Shown piece after piece: positions 51,868 through 64,000 of a stretch of 64,000 nucleotides of DNA; positions within the stretch are counted from its first letter, which is position 1; each line of letters begins with the position of its first letter. The stretch covers positions 9,920,001 to 9,984,000 of the forward strand of contig CM060732.1 in NCBI GenBank assembly GCA_030704615.1, in the 5' to 3' direction. Position numbers and translations under genes: made by a program. Below the pieces are notes generated by a model. That model was not told the DNA's origin, did no database searches, and was given only the letters and a program-made list of their open reading frames with translations. This DNA is from Takakia lepidozioides. Lineage: Eukaryota; Plantae; Bryophyta.

Positions 51868-53060
51868 TTGCACTTGACTATAGACCTCTATGCAGCATTG
51901 ACCAGGCTCCCTCCTGACACCTCTGTCCCACACCCTCCTCCTCACCTTTGCGGCATCGTCCCACCTGCCAGCTGCAGCATAGACGTTGGATAGAAGCACA
52001 TACGTTGCCGCATCCTGCGGATCCACTCAAGAAGGTATTCTGCTGCACGTTCTGCCACCTCCAGATTTCCATGAATTCTGCAGGCACCAAGCAAAGTCCC
52101 CCAGACTGTAGCAGCTGGTTCGCTTGGCATTTTCTTGATGAAGTCTGCCTCATCCACATGCCCTGCACGGCCTAGAAGGTCCACCATGCAACCAAAATGC
52201 TGGTCTGTGGAAGTTAGGCCATGAGCTTGACTCATATAATCAAAGTAATGGCTGCCTTCATCTACTAGTTGCACATGGCTACATGCAGAGAGAACATATA
52301 TAAAAGTGATACCATTCGGCTTCAACCCTTCCTGTTGTGTTTGTTCCAATAGTTGCAGGGCCACCCTACCACACTCGTGCTGAGCATATCCTGCAATCAT
52401 AGCACTCCATGAGACCACATCTCCTTCAGCCATATTGTCAAACACTAGCCATGCATTCTTTATATCCCCGCATTTGACAAACATGTCAACAAGGGTACTT
52501 TCCAAAGTGAGTGTTGGCTCAATTCCAGCTTTGATAATGTCAGCATGGATTTTTGTGGCCTTTTCCAGGGTTGCCAGGCTGGCACAGGCATTGAAAACAG
52601 AAACAAAAGGTACTTGGTTGGTGTCACCCCTCCCATATCATTCACTCATATGTCTCCAAAGCCTCCCTACCAACTCCATGCTGCGCATATCCTGAAATCA
52701 TTGCACTCCAGGAGAGCACATCTCGTTCAGCCACCAGGCTGGCACATGCATTGAGAACGCACACAACCGTTTACCTGGTTGGGCATAACCCCTTTCTGTT
52801 TTGCTCATAAATCTCCAAAGCCTTTTTACCACATCCAAGCTGAGCATATCCTCCGATCATCGCACTCCATGAGACCACATTTTGTCGAGCCATATTGTCA
52901 AACACTAGATGCACATCTGTCATGTTCCCAAATTTGGCATAATGTTGGCAAGGGCAGTTTCCAGGACGATATTTGGCTCAATTCTGGCTTTGATAATATT
53001 AGCATGGATCTTTTTGCCCTTTTCCTGGTCTGCTGGGCTGGCTCATGCATCGAGAACGGA
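51868..53060 (-). pseudogene. PLS-class PPR pseudogene 3 (truncated after PG box)
   Basis: 187 aa ORF 51942-52505 with L2/S2/E motifs; GVRREPGQCCIEV then junction to OSB-like sequence. Confidence 0.9.
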
Positions 53061-53212
53061 AAATCCAAGCACCATGTGTTTGGAAGTTGGCAATTAGGTG
53101 TGGCTTCAAATGTGTGGAAAACATGTCCAATAATGCACAAGCTACTAATATTGTGATAAACTGTCCACTCATCTGAGCAGCTATAAAAGACAAGCCAATA
53201 TGAGCACTCATT

Positions 53213-53287
53213 ACCCATTGGATCATAGTGTGGCCCGCATCCTTAAAGAAATCATCTGAGGGCCGCTTTCCTGTGAGTATCTCTGTC
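53213..53287 (-). pseudogene. Receptor-like kinase exon fragment
   Basis: EILTGKRPSDDFFKDAGHTMIQW followed by GT. Confidence 0.55.
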
Positions 53288-53448
53288 GCGCGGCTTTTAC
53301 TCACCCATCCCTTCGCTATCCGAGGCGGAAACTCCAAGATAGAAGAGTTGGAAATCTCTAAGTACTCAGCCCGCGCAGAACAATCAGTCATGACCTACAA
53401 CTAGTGTATCATGGGGGTGTTTCCTATTTGTTTCCCTTTCCGCATTCA

Positions 53449-54084
53449 TGTTAACTACCTTACCATTTGATAATTAAGTATCAGTTTGCTTCATCAATCT
53501 ATCGGATTCCATCAACTCATCCATTCATTCCACAGCTTCACTCAGATCTCTCTACACAGTGTGATTGTATCGTATAAGTATCAGATTATGATTTATCAGG
53601 TATCAGGCCGAAGCCATTGTGTCTCTAATCTGCTCTACTATATCACTATCGCTTTGCATATAACAAGCATCTACTAATCCTCTTTCCTCCTTCACCGTGC
53701 TCTCCATCTTTGCTTCCGATCTCCTCTCATGCATGACCCAGAAGTGCTTCCAAGAAAAATCCCCCTTCTCAGTCATTGCTTCTCCCTTTATCTTCCTACC
53801 CGTGGCTCTAACCGTTTCCCTCACTAACCGTCGTCCGTGAACTAACATGTTCCATTTGCAGGTGTTGTTTCCCCACAGTCGTTCCCTGTCCTGCTCTCCG
53901 TTCCCTATGGTCGTGACAGCTGTGTCAAGCTGTGACTGGCTGTGGGACTGTGTTTGGCTGTGTCGAGCTGTGTCGGCTGTGACGGGCTGTGTTGGCTGTG
54001 TCGACTGTGACGACTGTGACGGGCTGTGTTGGCTGTGACGACTGTGACGGGCTGTGTAACCCTTTCTACAGTGCGCTGCTGTCA
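53449..54084 (-). repeat. 3' LTR of element B (inner boundary uncertain, ~54059-54084)
   Basis: Outer end GTTAACA as in A; homologous to 1-570; PPT is weak and ambiguous. Confidence 0.65.
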
Positions 54085-54121
54085 CCCCTAAGGCTCCTGT
54101 TGGTCTCGGTCTGTGCAAAAA

Positions 54122-57100
54122 TTAAGGGTGATTAGCAAACCTTTGTGAGTGAGCACCTTTCTGACGTTGAGAGTTTTGTGGCGGACTGTGTGTACGAGCC
54201 CGAGGTCTGTCTCTGGTTGACGGAGATGTTTGAACACTACCTGGATAAGTGAGGCCCTCTGGAGGCTGATATCGAGATAACCTTTCAGGCATAGGAGACC
54301 CCCGTCGCTTCTTCTCTGCCATCTGAATTGCATAGTCTTCTCCCATGTCAAAAGAATTCGGTGAAGAAACAGTTGTATCAGAATCCTCATCGCCTCTCAG
54401 GTGTTTTAATTTTCGAAATTTTTGTGGAATCCTCTGGGGCATACAATGTTGTCCTACCATGTCTGGAAGTTTATATTTTACAACTTGGTGTAACCGCTGA
54501 ACAGCAAAATTGGTGTAGACATTGAGCTCCTTGTCTGTCCAGGTGAGTGGGGTACCAATTACTTGTGCAGCGTGCAAGTATTTCCATGCCACATGTCCCT
54601 TATAGAAAATATCGTCAATGCCGAATTTCTGTGTTGACAAATTGTTCCAGGCCGCTTGAAACCATGAACGAATTTGAGAATCCTTTTGCATCATAACTTT
54701 TGCGTCATATAGGTACATATGAGGTGGCACTGAAGGTAAGACCCAATGATCCCCACTGGAATAACTCAGAAAGCGCGCTTGCATCTTTTGTTGCTCAATG
54801 TGATAACGTACCAGAAAACAAGCAGCGTAGTATAACCCGCATCCCATGACAATACTTGCTACCTCCTTGGTCTTGGTATAAATGAATCCATGTACAACCT
54901 GGAAAGTAATTAATTCCCTCAACATGGTACCTGCCTCGTGCCAGTACTGTGCAAAGTGATGATCCTCAATTGGTCGATTGTTCGGAAGAACTTTAGTCCT
55001 AGTTGCCACTGGCAGCCAAATGCGCATGATTTGGTAGTAATGTGCGAATGACTGCGGAGGACTAAATTCTTTCCAAGCCAAATCCAACATGATGGGAATT
55101 TGGTTGAAGGGCATAATCATAGCCCTACTGTACTCCCTTGCAGCTAGAGTTTTAGGTGGGTTAAAAGCAGCATTGCCCCATACCTCAGGCTGTGGTGACT
55201 GTGGTGTGGTTATAGTAACAACAGGTTCAGCTACTGGTACAGTGACTTGTTGTGGTGTTGGTGGTACTGGCTCTTGTATCATTGGCATCTCCTGCACTTC
55301 CTGTGAAGACTGAAAAGCCAAAGTTCTGGCTTGTAAATTAGAAGCCATTAGCTGTTCCTGAGGGATATAGACTCTTTTGTCGATGTTTGAAGTGAGGTCC
55401 TCCACTTGTGTCTGCAATCCATCTACATCCTCCTGTAACTCTGCTATCCTACTATAGACATTGTCTATAGTAGTTGTGGCAATGTTCTGCACTTGCAGTC
55501 TGAGCTCATTCATCTCGCTTTGGGTGAGCTTTCGTGGTGCTTTGCCCTCCACTGGCCCTTGTGCTAACCAGACCTGCATAAGGCTGTTATCCACCAAGTT
55601 GCTTGTGGTTCCCCTGAGAGTTTGCTCCTCTCTTAGCTTGTACACTTCTAACTGCTGTTGTAAAGCCTCCATGCGCTTCGCATGAGGTTCAACCAAATTC
55701 GCATAAGCAACAAGTAGATTATTAGCTTCCTTCCAAGCCTTGTTAGTGACCGTGATTTCATTTCTATTGGCCACGAGCGTTTGTTGCAACTCCAGGATGT
55801 ACTTCTCTTGATCAGCTTCAACCTGCCTGTATTGCTTGAAAGTATCCTCATTGCGACAGATTGTATTCTTCATATCGACAATGAGTTTCATTTGCTCAAC
55901 ATTCTCTTCTTCTGCCTTCGTACATTTTTCCGCTTGACTGTTTATTTCTTTTGTAGATTGGTTAAGCATAGTTGTGAATGTAGCACATTGTATCGCCATC
56001 CTGTCATGCACTGTCTGCAACTCCGTATGTAGTGCATTCACTTCTTGCAACTTGCTTTCATGTTGCACCTGCATTTGGTATAGCTGTTGCTTATGTGCTT
56101 CGTGTAACTGGTCTTGCGCGAGGCCTGCCTCAATTAATTGTTCCTTGGCCAATTGCAAAGCCGCTTCTGTATTCTCCAAGTCTTGCTGCATCTTGAGAGT
56201 GACCTCTTCATCGACCTTGTTTGCACACTCAGTGGCTAGTCGAGTCTCAAATTCCTTCCTGAGTTCCTCTCTCAAGGCTGTCAATTGGGTAGTTGGAACA
56301 TGGGATTTGACATAAGTCCCCAACAAATTAAGTGTCCTGCCTATGGAACTCATCAGCATTGCCTGTTGAGGGTCATCATGGTGAGGTTGCTGCTGTTCCT
56401 CCTGATCCTCAACCGTGTGATGTCTCACAAACCACTCAGGCCATTGTCCCACCGGATTTTCTTCCTGAACCACTTCATCTATCACCGGTGCTACAGTGTT
56501 ATGACCTTCTGCCTGTGGTACCTCCGACACAGGTGTGTGTATTATATGCACCTCAGGATTTCCCTTGGGCAACTGTTGCACCTCTGGAATCTCTGTCTGT
56601 ATGGACAACTTGTAACCTCGTGACAAGCCGATCAGCTGGCTGTGATGGTTGTGATACTGAAGTAACTTCCTCCTCCCTCTCTGAAGGTCCTGCTTCCAGT
56701 AATAGCATTTCTCTGTGCTGCTGTGCCCCTTCCTGCACATGAGCTTGGGAAACATTATCATGCGGAATCCGTGAAGCCAGTGGATCCGCCATTACAATCT
56801 TTCCCCGTCTCTGCCTCTTAGTCTTGGGTTGCCCTGCTAGTCCACCCTCACTGTGTGAAGAGCCTTGCTCTTCCATTGCAGTGGTTTCTGGCTCAAACAC
56901 TCTCATCTCCTTTCTTTCTTGCGCATCAAGTATGCCAGAATCAAGAATTATTTGAGCAATGATTGGGCCAGACACTATAATAGGAGACTTTGCGGTAGTA
57001 CATTGTAATCTTTTCATCTCCTCCACCAGTGTGTTGTACATTATGTCCGCTCATTCTACCTCTTGTCCTTTCAGGGCTTTGAGTATTTCCTCTGTGAAGG

Positions 57101-57551
57101 ATCTGCTCAAATACTGTTGGTTCTGTTTCATGGCAATCAGAACGTTCAATACCTGGCTTACCTCCTTTAGCCCTGGGTACACGGCCTTGGTACAAGCATA
57201 ACCCTGAGTTTTAAAGAAACTCCCTTCTTGGAATAAGTCCCCTATTTGCAGTCTTGCCCTGTGTTCCTCCACATGCACCTGACCTGCTGGCAATCGAAAC
57301 AATTGCTGGAGGTATAGGGGAGTAATTACTAATTCAACTCCCTTCACCGTTGTTGTTCCTGTCCTTGGCTCAAAGTTTTGCAAAAATTGTAACATGTATT
57401 GTCTATGGTGTAATGTCCAATCTATGCTTTGCAATCCTTGCAATCTCAGCTCCTTCAGTATCTGTATCGCCTGTGGGGTAGCAATCGTTTGTTTCTGCAG
57501 AATTGTGGTGCTCTTCACCCTGATTTCCTCCATTCCTCTCACTCTCTTCAT
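54122..57551 (-). CDS. Extra ORF3 of element B (~1140 codons if two frameshifts are bridged; 879 aa open frame)
   Basis: ORFs 57051-57584, 56553-57041, 54122-56761; Athila-like N-terminus, long coiled coil, conserved C-terminal domain. Confidence 0.78.
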
Positions 57552-58261
57552 TTTAGACTCACAGAAATGTTTTGGCTGTAACAACTGCAGAAATGCCTAT
57601 AGTGCACAAAGCATAAACGTATGGTTGCCACAAAAAGCTATGGGTAATTTCTTGTAAGCCTGTGGAGCTTGCAAGCATCGTTCAAGAGAAAAGCTCCGCT
57701 CTGTTCTTTCGTGTCTATGCCACTGCGTAAGTAATATTGCGAGTGTATAGTCTGTTAGTTCCTCCATAGTTTCCAAGCTATAGCATTGATGGTCTGTCCC
57801 GTCGAGACGCCCGTTACTCAGAACGACGCCGCCTCTTGCGCTTAATTTCTCTCCAATTTCTTGATCCTTTCTTTGGCTTTCTATTGGCTGTAACCACTGT
57901 GACTTGATTTTAGATTTCATTTTCTTTAGTGGACTTTCCCTGCTGGATAGTCCACAAGGATCACACATGTGACAAGAATTTCGCTTTTCTGTACTTGCCG
58001 TTTGTTCCGTTCCCCTTTTACCGTATTCATTAATGGGCCCGTCTTCATCCATTTTGACGCGCTGATTAGGTATTTTGACGGCCATTCTTGTCTTGTTTCT
58101 TTATGACACCCGTTCTTGCACTTCCTTCTCAGCTGTGTGTCGCGCCCCGACTTCCACGTGTCTATTTTTAAACTGGTTTCCGTCTTTTCTTCCGTCAGCC
58201 ATTTTCCTGAAGTTATTGTGCGTCCACCTGTCCCTGATTCTATGGATCGTGTAACCCTAGT

Positions 58262-58580
58262 AGGTTGTGTTGAGCTGTGACAGGCTGTGTCATACTGTGG
58301 TACGCTGTGATAGGCTGTGATGCACTGTGGTAAGCTGTGATAGGCTGTGACACGCAGTGGTAGGTTGTGATAGGCTGTGTTGCGCTGTGTTGAGCTGTGA
58401 CAGGCTGTGTCATACTGTGGTACGCTGTGATAGGCTGTGATGCACTGTGGTAAGCTGTGATAGGCTGTGACACGCACGCAGGCGCTGTGTTGCGCCGTGC
58501 TGGGCGCTGTGCTGGGCTGTGATAGGCTGTGTTTCGCCTTGATGGGTGTGATAGGCTGTGTTTCGCCTTGTGGGCTGTGA
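58262..58580. repeat. 10-bp period CTGTG array with a 120-bp higher-order repeat
   Basis: Lines 58261-58470 show the NNNRCTGTGN register; 58267-58356 recurs at 58387-58476. Confidence 0.92.
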
Positions 58581-58619
58581 TACCTGCCCGCCCTGGTCAT
58601 ATATGCTTGGCCTAGCGAC

Positions 58620-61600
58620 AAGTGCTCCATACTCCGTTGGTAACACTGGTGCAGCCCGTGACTGCTCTTGCGTTTCAACATGCAAATCATGCTGCAAGGG
58701 TTTGTCATGGATACCACTGTATCCCTTTAACTTATTGGCATTGACTCTTCCCAGCATTTCTTTGTTAATGGTTTGTAACATGGCGGTGTTGTTATCATAC
58801 ATCTTTTGTATGACATAAGGTCCTTTCCATGGTGATTTAAGCTTAGAAGCTTTAATCTTTCCTTTCTTCTGCAACCATAGAACCAAATCCCCCGTCTTAA
58901 AAGTCTTTAACTTGCCTTCATCAAACTGTTCCTTTCTCTTCATCTGAATTCTGGTCATATTATCAGCTGCATCAGCACGTACTTCTTCCACATGTATAAT
59001 TCATGTTTCCTGACCTTAATGGAATCTTGCAATTCCATTCTCTTTCCCCACTCCGTTCTCATGGTAGGTAACAGGAATTCCACTGGAAGTAAGGCTTCCA
59101 TACCATAAACTAATTGGAATGGTGTATACTTAGTGGTGACTTTATATGAAGTCCTGTATGACCACAAAGCTGTCAGCAGCTTTGTATCCCAATCCGTTCT
59201 TTGCATTGACTATCTTAGCCAAGATAGTACATAGTATTTTGTTGGTAGCCTCTGCCTGCCCATTACCCTGTGGTAATATGTTGTACTCTTTCTATGCACA
59301 ATCATGAACTCTTTAGTCAACAACTCAATGGTCTCATTCATGAAGTGACTTCCCTGATCACTGATAAATTCTAAGGGACAGCCAAATCGTGTAAGTATGT
59401 TCTCATACAGGAACCTTGCTGTGGACTTGGCTGTGTTGTCCCTCAAAGCTTTAGCTTCCACCCACTTCGTAGTATAATCAGTGGCTGTAATTATGTACCT
59501 GTTCCGTGTATTCTTGGCTGGTGGGTTAATTGGTCCAACAAAGTCTAGTCCCCATTTCTGAAATGGTTCCGTAGGCATTGTAGGATGCAAGGCCATCCTT
59601 CCAGATCTCTGCAAAGGTCCTAGCCTCTGACATTCATCACAACTCTGACAATACTCGTGTACATCTTTGAACAAAGTAGGCCACCAGTAACCTGCGAGTA
59701 GTATCTTCCTACTGGTAGTCTCTTCTCCAAAATGACCTCCAGCCACTCCTTTATGAACTTCCTCCAAAACTTTATTTACGTTCATGGTGGTACAAGCATC
59801 GTTTTAGTACTCCATCAGGTCCTAGCTTATACATTCTGCTTCCTACCATAGTATAAGGTAAAGCTTTGATAGCGATTCTCTTCCTCTGCTCCTTACCATA
59901 ACTAGGTGGGCACTGACCATGAGCAAGGTAGTATCTGATTGGCCACTGCCAATCTAACCAGTCATCTGCACTTCCCTGCACCTCCACTGCAAATAGACTC
60001 GCATCTGGTAATTGATCATCTATTCCTGTGGCTGGTTCTCCTGTTGATAACCGTGACAAGTGATCCGCCACAAGATGCAGTCTCCCAGGCTTGTAAACAA
60101 CCTCGAACTCAACTCGTGCAATTATCAACCATCTTGCTATTCTTCCGCTTATCAGAGGTTTGTTTACCAGGTATATCAGAGCCTGGTGATCCACATAGAA
60201 CATAAACTTCTTGCCCAACAGGTAATGCCTGAATTTCTTCACTGCATAGATCATTGCCAATGCTTCTCTTTCCGTTGTGCTATAGTTCCTTTCAGCACTG
60301 TTCATCAACCGCTAGCATAGTACACAGGTGAATCTATATTTCCTGTAACATTCTGGGCTAACACCGCTCCCAACGCTTCTCCTGATGCATCGCAGTGAAC
60401 ATGAAATACTACATGCCAGTGAGGGTTAATCAGCACAGGTGTAGTTGTTACTGACAGTGTAAGTTCCTCAAACGCCTGTTGACATTCAGCTGTCCAGGCA
60501 AACACTGCATCTTTCTTCAGAGCTTGCTCAATGGTGCTGCTATTTGTGCATACCTTTTGACAAATCTTCTGTAATAACTGGTTTGCCCAAGGATCTCCTT
60601 AGACTCTTAACATTCACTGGTGGTGGAGAGGCTTTAATGGACTCTGTCTTTCTGGGATCCACAAGAGTCCCTTCTTACACACAATGTGTCCCAGAAGCAC
60701 CCCTGAGTTCACACAGAAGTACACTTCTCTGGATTCAGGCCCAGACCTCTCTCCCTGCATCTGGCCAGACATAACTCCAATTTATGCAAGTGCTCATTCT
60801 TAGAGCTGTACACACTGAAATCATCCAAGAATACCTGCATGAAATCATCCAGATACTCATGAAAAGATTCACTTATCACTCTCTGAAAGGTCGCTGGTGC
60901 ATTACAAAGTCCAAAGGGCATGACTTTGTATGCATAAGCCCCCAGTCTGTGATGAAAGCTGTTTTCCCTTGGTCTTCTTCTGCCACTTGCACTTGATTAT
61001 AACCACTGAAGCCATCCATGAATGAGTACATCTCATGGCCTGCCACAGTGTCTAATACTGCTTCTGTGAATGGCAAAGGGAAAGGATCTTTCTTCGTACA
61101 AGCATTCAGCTTCTTGTAGTTCACACATACTCTTAGTTTGCCATTCTTCTTGGGAACTATAACAATGGGTGACAACCAAGTTGTATACTCTATTGGGTAT
61201 ATAAACTTAGCCTCAGCCAACTTCTTATCTCTTCTCCAACCTTCTGTGCGTAGTTGGGATTCATTCTGTACCTCGCCTGCTTGATTGGTACTGACCCTGG
61301 TTCCAGTTCAATCTTATGCTGACAGACTTCAGGTGGTATCCCTTTTAGATCCTCATAGCTCCAAGCAAATACATCTCTGTATTTGATGAACAAGCTTTTA
61401 GCTTCTTCAAGAATTCCGGCTCCAAATCAGCTCCTACTTTCACCATCCTCGGTTCCTCTTTAGTTCCCACATTCACTTCCCTCACCTGCTCATCAGCTGT
61501 GATTGTCCAACCAGTCACCACTTCATCCTGTAAGCTCACAGTGGCTGGTTCCTCTAGGATTTCCATTTCTCCCTTCTCTTTCTTCATAGAAATGTGATGG

Positions 61601-62331
61601 GTAAATGCTGGTTTCCTCTTCAGTTGGTGTTGCTGTCACTACACCACAGCAGATACCTCTTAAACAACTTAGGCTTTCCAGCCGCATCTCTGCAACCTGC
61701 TCCCACTCTGGGTGTGCAGCAAATAGGGTAGCTTCCTGCTCCTCATCCAGTCCTCCTTTCCAGTCATACTCTCTGACTCCTCGAGGTCTTCTTGTAGCAG
61801 GTAATCTACTAGATTTCTTGTGGTAATTTGTATCTCGTGTATCCCATTATGCACGGTTAGTAACTGAGAATTCCAGTCATGGAATACCCTGGCAGCCACG
61901 GACGTCCCAATAATAAGGAGTAAGCCTCCATGACTTCATCCATCTTCAACACAGTTACTGTGATCATAAAGATCATCTTCTGTATCTGTATCTTAACTCC
62001 TCTTATTAATCCCAATGGCTGTACACTTCTTTGATCTGCCATTGTTACTGTAAATGGGGCTGGTTTCATGTTACTTAGACCAAGCTTCTTCCTTAATTGG
62101 TCTGTCATGATATTTACTCCAGGAACCTCCATCTATCAGTACATCAGTTAGTTCTGTGCTTCCAATTCTCAATTGGATTACTGGCATAGAATCATCAAAG
62201 TCCATGACTGTTTCTCGCCCTTCCGGCTTCACATTATAACTGGTCACCTTGCTGTTCAGGTCTGTGTTTCCTGTCTCCTGGGCAATTCGATTGATTGCTT
62301 GATACAGCCTGTGCCTACAATAAGGTGCCAC
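58620..62331 (-). pseudogene. pol: pol of element B (PR, RT, RH, INT), frameshifted
   Basis: [45 protein letters not shown]. Confidence 0.93.
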
Positions 62332-62370
62332 AGCTAATAGCTGTCCAATGGTAATTTCTGGTCTGGCATA

Positions 62371-64000
62371 TTACTTCAGCCAAAGTCTCTTCATTACTTT
62401 GCATGTCTGCATCTTCTTTCTTCCTTTCATCCTCACTCCCTTCTTCTTCTCCATCAGAATCAGAGGAATCTGCCACAGGAATATCAGTACTCTTTCATTT
62501 CCCTTATAGTATCTGCCACTTCCTTGTGTGCAGTTCCTTCTCATCTTTCCAAGTCTCTTCATCTTCAGGCATATCATTGCCACTTCATTATCATCTTCTT
62601 CCTCTACTACTGGAGGTATTAGTTTGGCTTTACTTCTTGTTACTATCATTGTACTTACTTCTGGTACAACACATGGCCTAACCATGTGAGCTGCCACCAC
62701 TGGGCCCTCATTCACAGGAGCTCTCATCTCATTCTGGTGTCTTATCCAGAATGAACAGGCTGCCTTGCGATGTCCTGGCTGATTACAATAGTAACATAGT
62801 TCTTCACCATTGGGTCCTCGCCCTTGGTCTGTCTTGGATTATTTCTATAATCCTGATTCCCGGGCTGGTAATTCCCCCTTGGATTACCCTGATAGTTGCC
62901 TCTGGAATTTCCTTGGTAATTCCCTCTTGAATTACCTCTCCCTTCCATGCCATTGTTATAACCACCAGACCTACCATAGTGGTCCTGATCATTGTTTCTT
63001 CTTGGCTGGGGCTGCACCTGATGCACCCTTACTTGCCTAGGTTCTCTTGCAGCTGTCCTTCTGTTGTAGTAACAATTCTCAGTAGAATGGTTATCCATTT
63101 TACAGATAGTACAGTGTTTCTCCTTCATGTGGCATTCTGTGGTGGTATGGCCTTCATTCTGGCACTTTGCACACCATACACCCCTTCCTCCAATGTGTTG
63201 CAGCTCTGTGGCATACTTCTTCAAGATTTCTTCCAATCTTTTTCATAGTTATCCCTCTTCAACTTCTCCTTTCTTACTCTTCCTTTTAGTTCTTGCTCTT
63301 CTTCTTCATCTGACTCATCCTCAGAGTCCTCATCATCCCTTTTCTCTCTCTGAGCATTCCCAATTGCTCAATTCTGTTTGCAGTTTCAATGCCTCCTCCA
63401 CTGTATTATGGGGTAACATATCCACTTTCTTTTGCAACTCTGGTCTTAGTCCACTCACAAACCAAGTCTTCTGTAAACCGGTGCTGGTACTGCAGCCAGC
63501 TTTTTCATCATCAATTCCATCTTTTCCATATACTCCTCAACAGTTTCATGCTTCTTTTGCTTTAACTGTTGTAAACTTCCATACACTTCATCCTCAGTTT
63601 TACTTGTCCTGAACCTATTTCGAAATGCTGTATTCAAGCCATTCCAGGTTAGGAAATGATTATCAGGGAATCTTGCATACCATTCACTTGCTTTCTTGAT
63701 AAGTGAACAAGGAAACATCTCATCTTGGCATCATCGCCATTCTCATTGTTCACTATACACATGTGCTCAAATTGGCTAATGTGTACATCGGGATCCCCTT
63801 TTCCTGAATATATTGGAAAGGGTGGTTTTGCCCGTGTTGGTTGTAACGCCATCTGTGGCCCTACCTTCTGCCCACTGACAGGTGCTGGCACCCTTGCTGG
63901 TGCTGGTCCTTCTGGACCTGTTGTTTTTGTGGTGGATCTTCCACCAAGTGGTGGCCCTTGAGCACTCCCTGCTTCTGGCCCCACGATATTCACAGTATTC
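62371..64000 (-). pseudogene. gag: gag of element B (frameshifted, 5'-partial)
   Basis: FPIYSGKGDPDVH, FPCSL..A.EW, three CCHC knuckles, GNSRGNYQ repeats. Confidence 0.9.

Larger units (their letters stand above)
53449..64000 (-). mobile_element. Ty3/gypsy element B (same lineage as A), 5' part outside the window
   Basis: gag, PR (LIDGGS), RT, RH, INT, ORF3 and 3' LTR ending GTTAACA at 53449. Confidence 0.93.

Overview
Repeat-rich plant nuclear DNA. The PLS/DYW PPR style suggests a seed-free land plant, but that is inference. No intact host gene is evident. Layout: (1) 1-616 is the 3' end remnant of gypsy family B. (2) Non-chromovirus Ty3/gypsy element A (1110-36346) is inserted, with an apparent GCGCA duplication, at the exact centre of a ~0.8 kb palindrome (arms 666-1109 and 36347-36724). 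(3) Nested in A is a 23 kb composite CACTA element (4566-27658, TSD TAT). It carries a decayed spliced Tnp2-type transposase, a SET-domain pseudogene, a TnpA-like fragment, LINE and PPR fragments, and a TGT..ACA element with a 4-bp TSD (Ginger-like) in an intron. (4) A non-autonomous hAT element, tandem duplications and a tRNA-like SINE head follow. (5) Three tandem minus-strand PLS-class PPR pseudogenes (one ending in DYW) are interrupted by OSB/PDF-motif gene fragments. (6) Minus-strand gypsy element B runs from 53449 past the window end. A and B share a large extra ORF with a conserved C-terminal domain I do not recognise, and B carries 9-10 bp phased CTGTG arrays. All calls come from manual reading and translation; no database searches were run.
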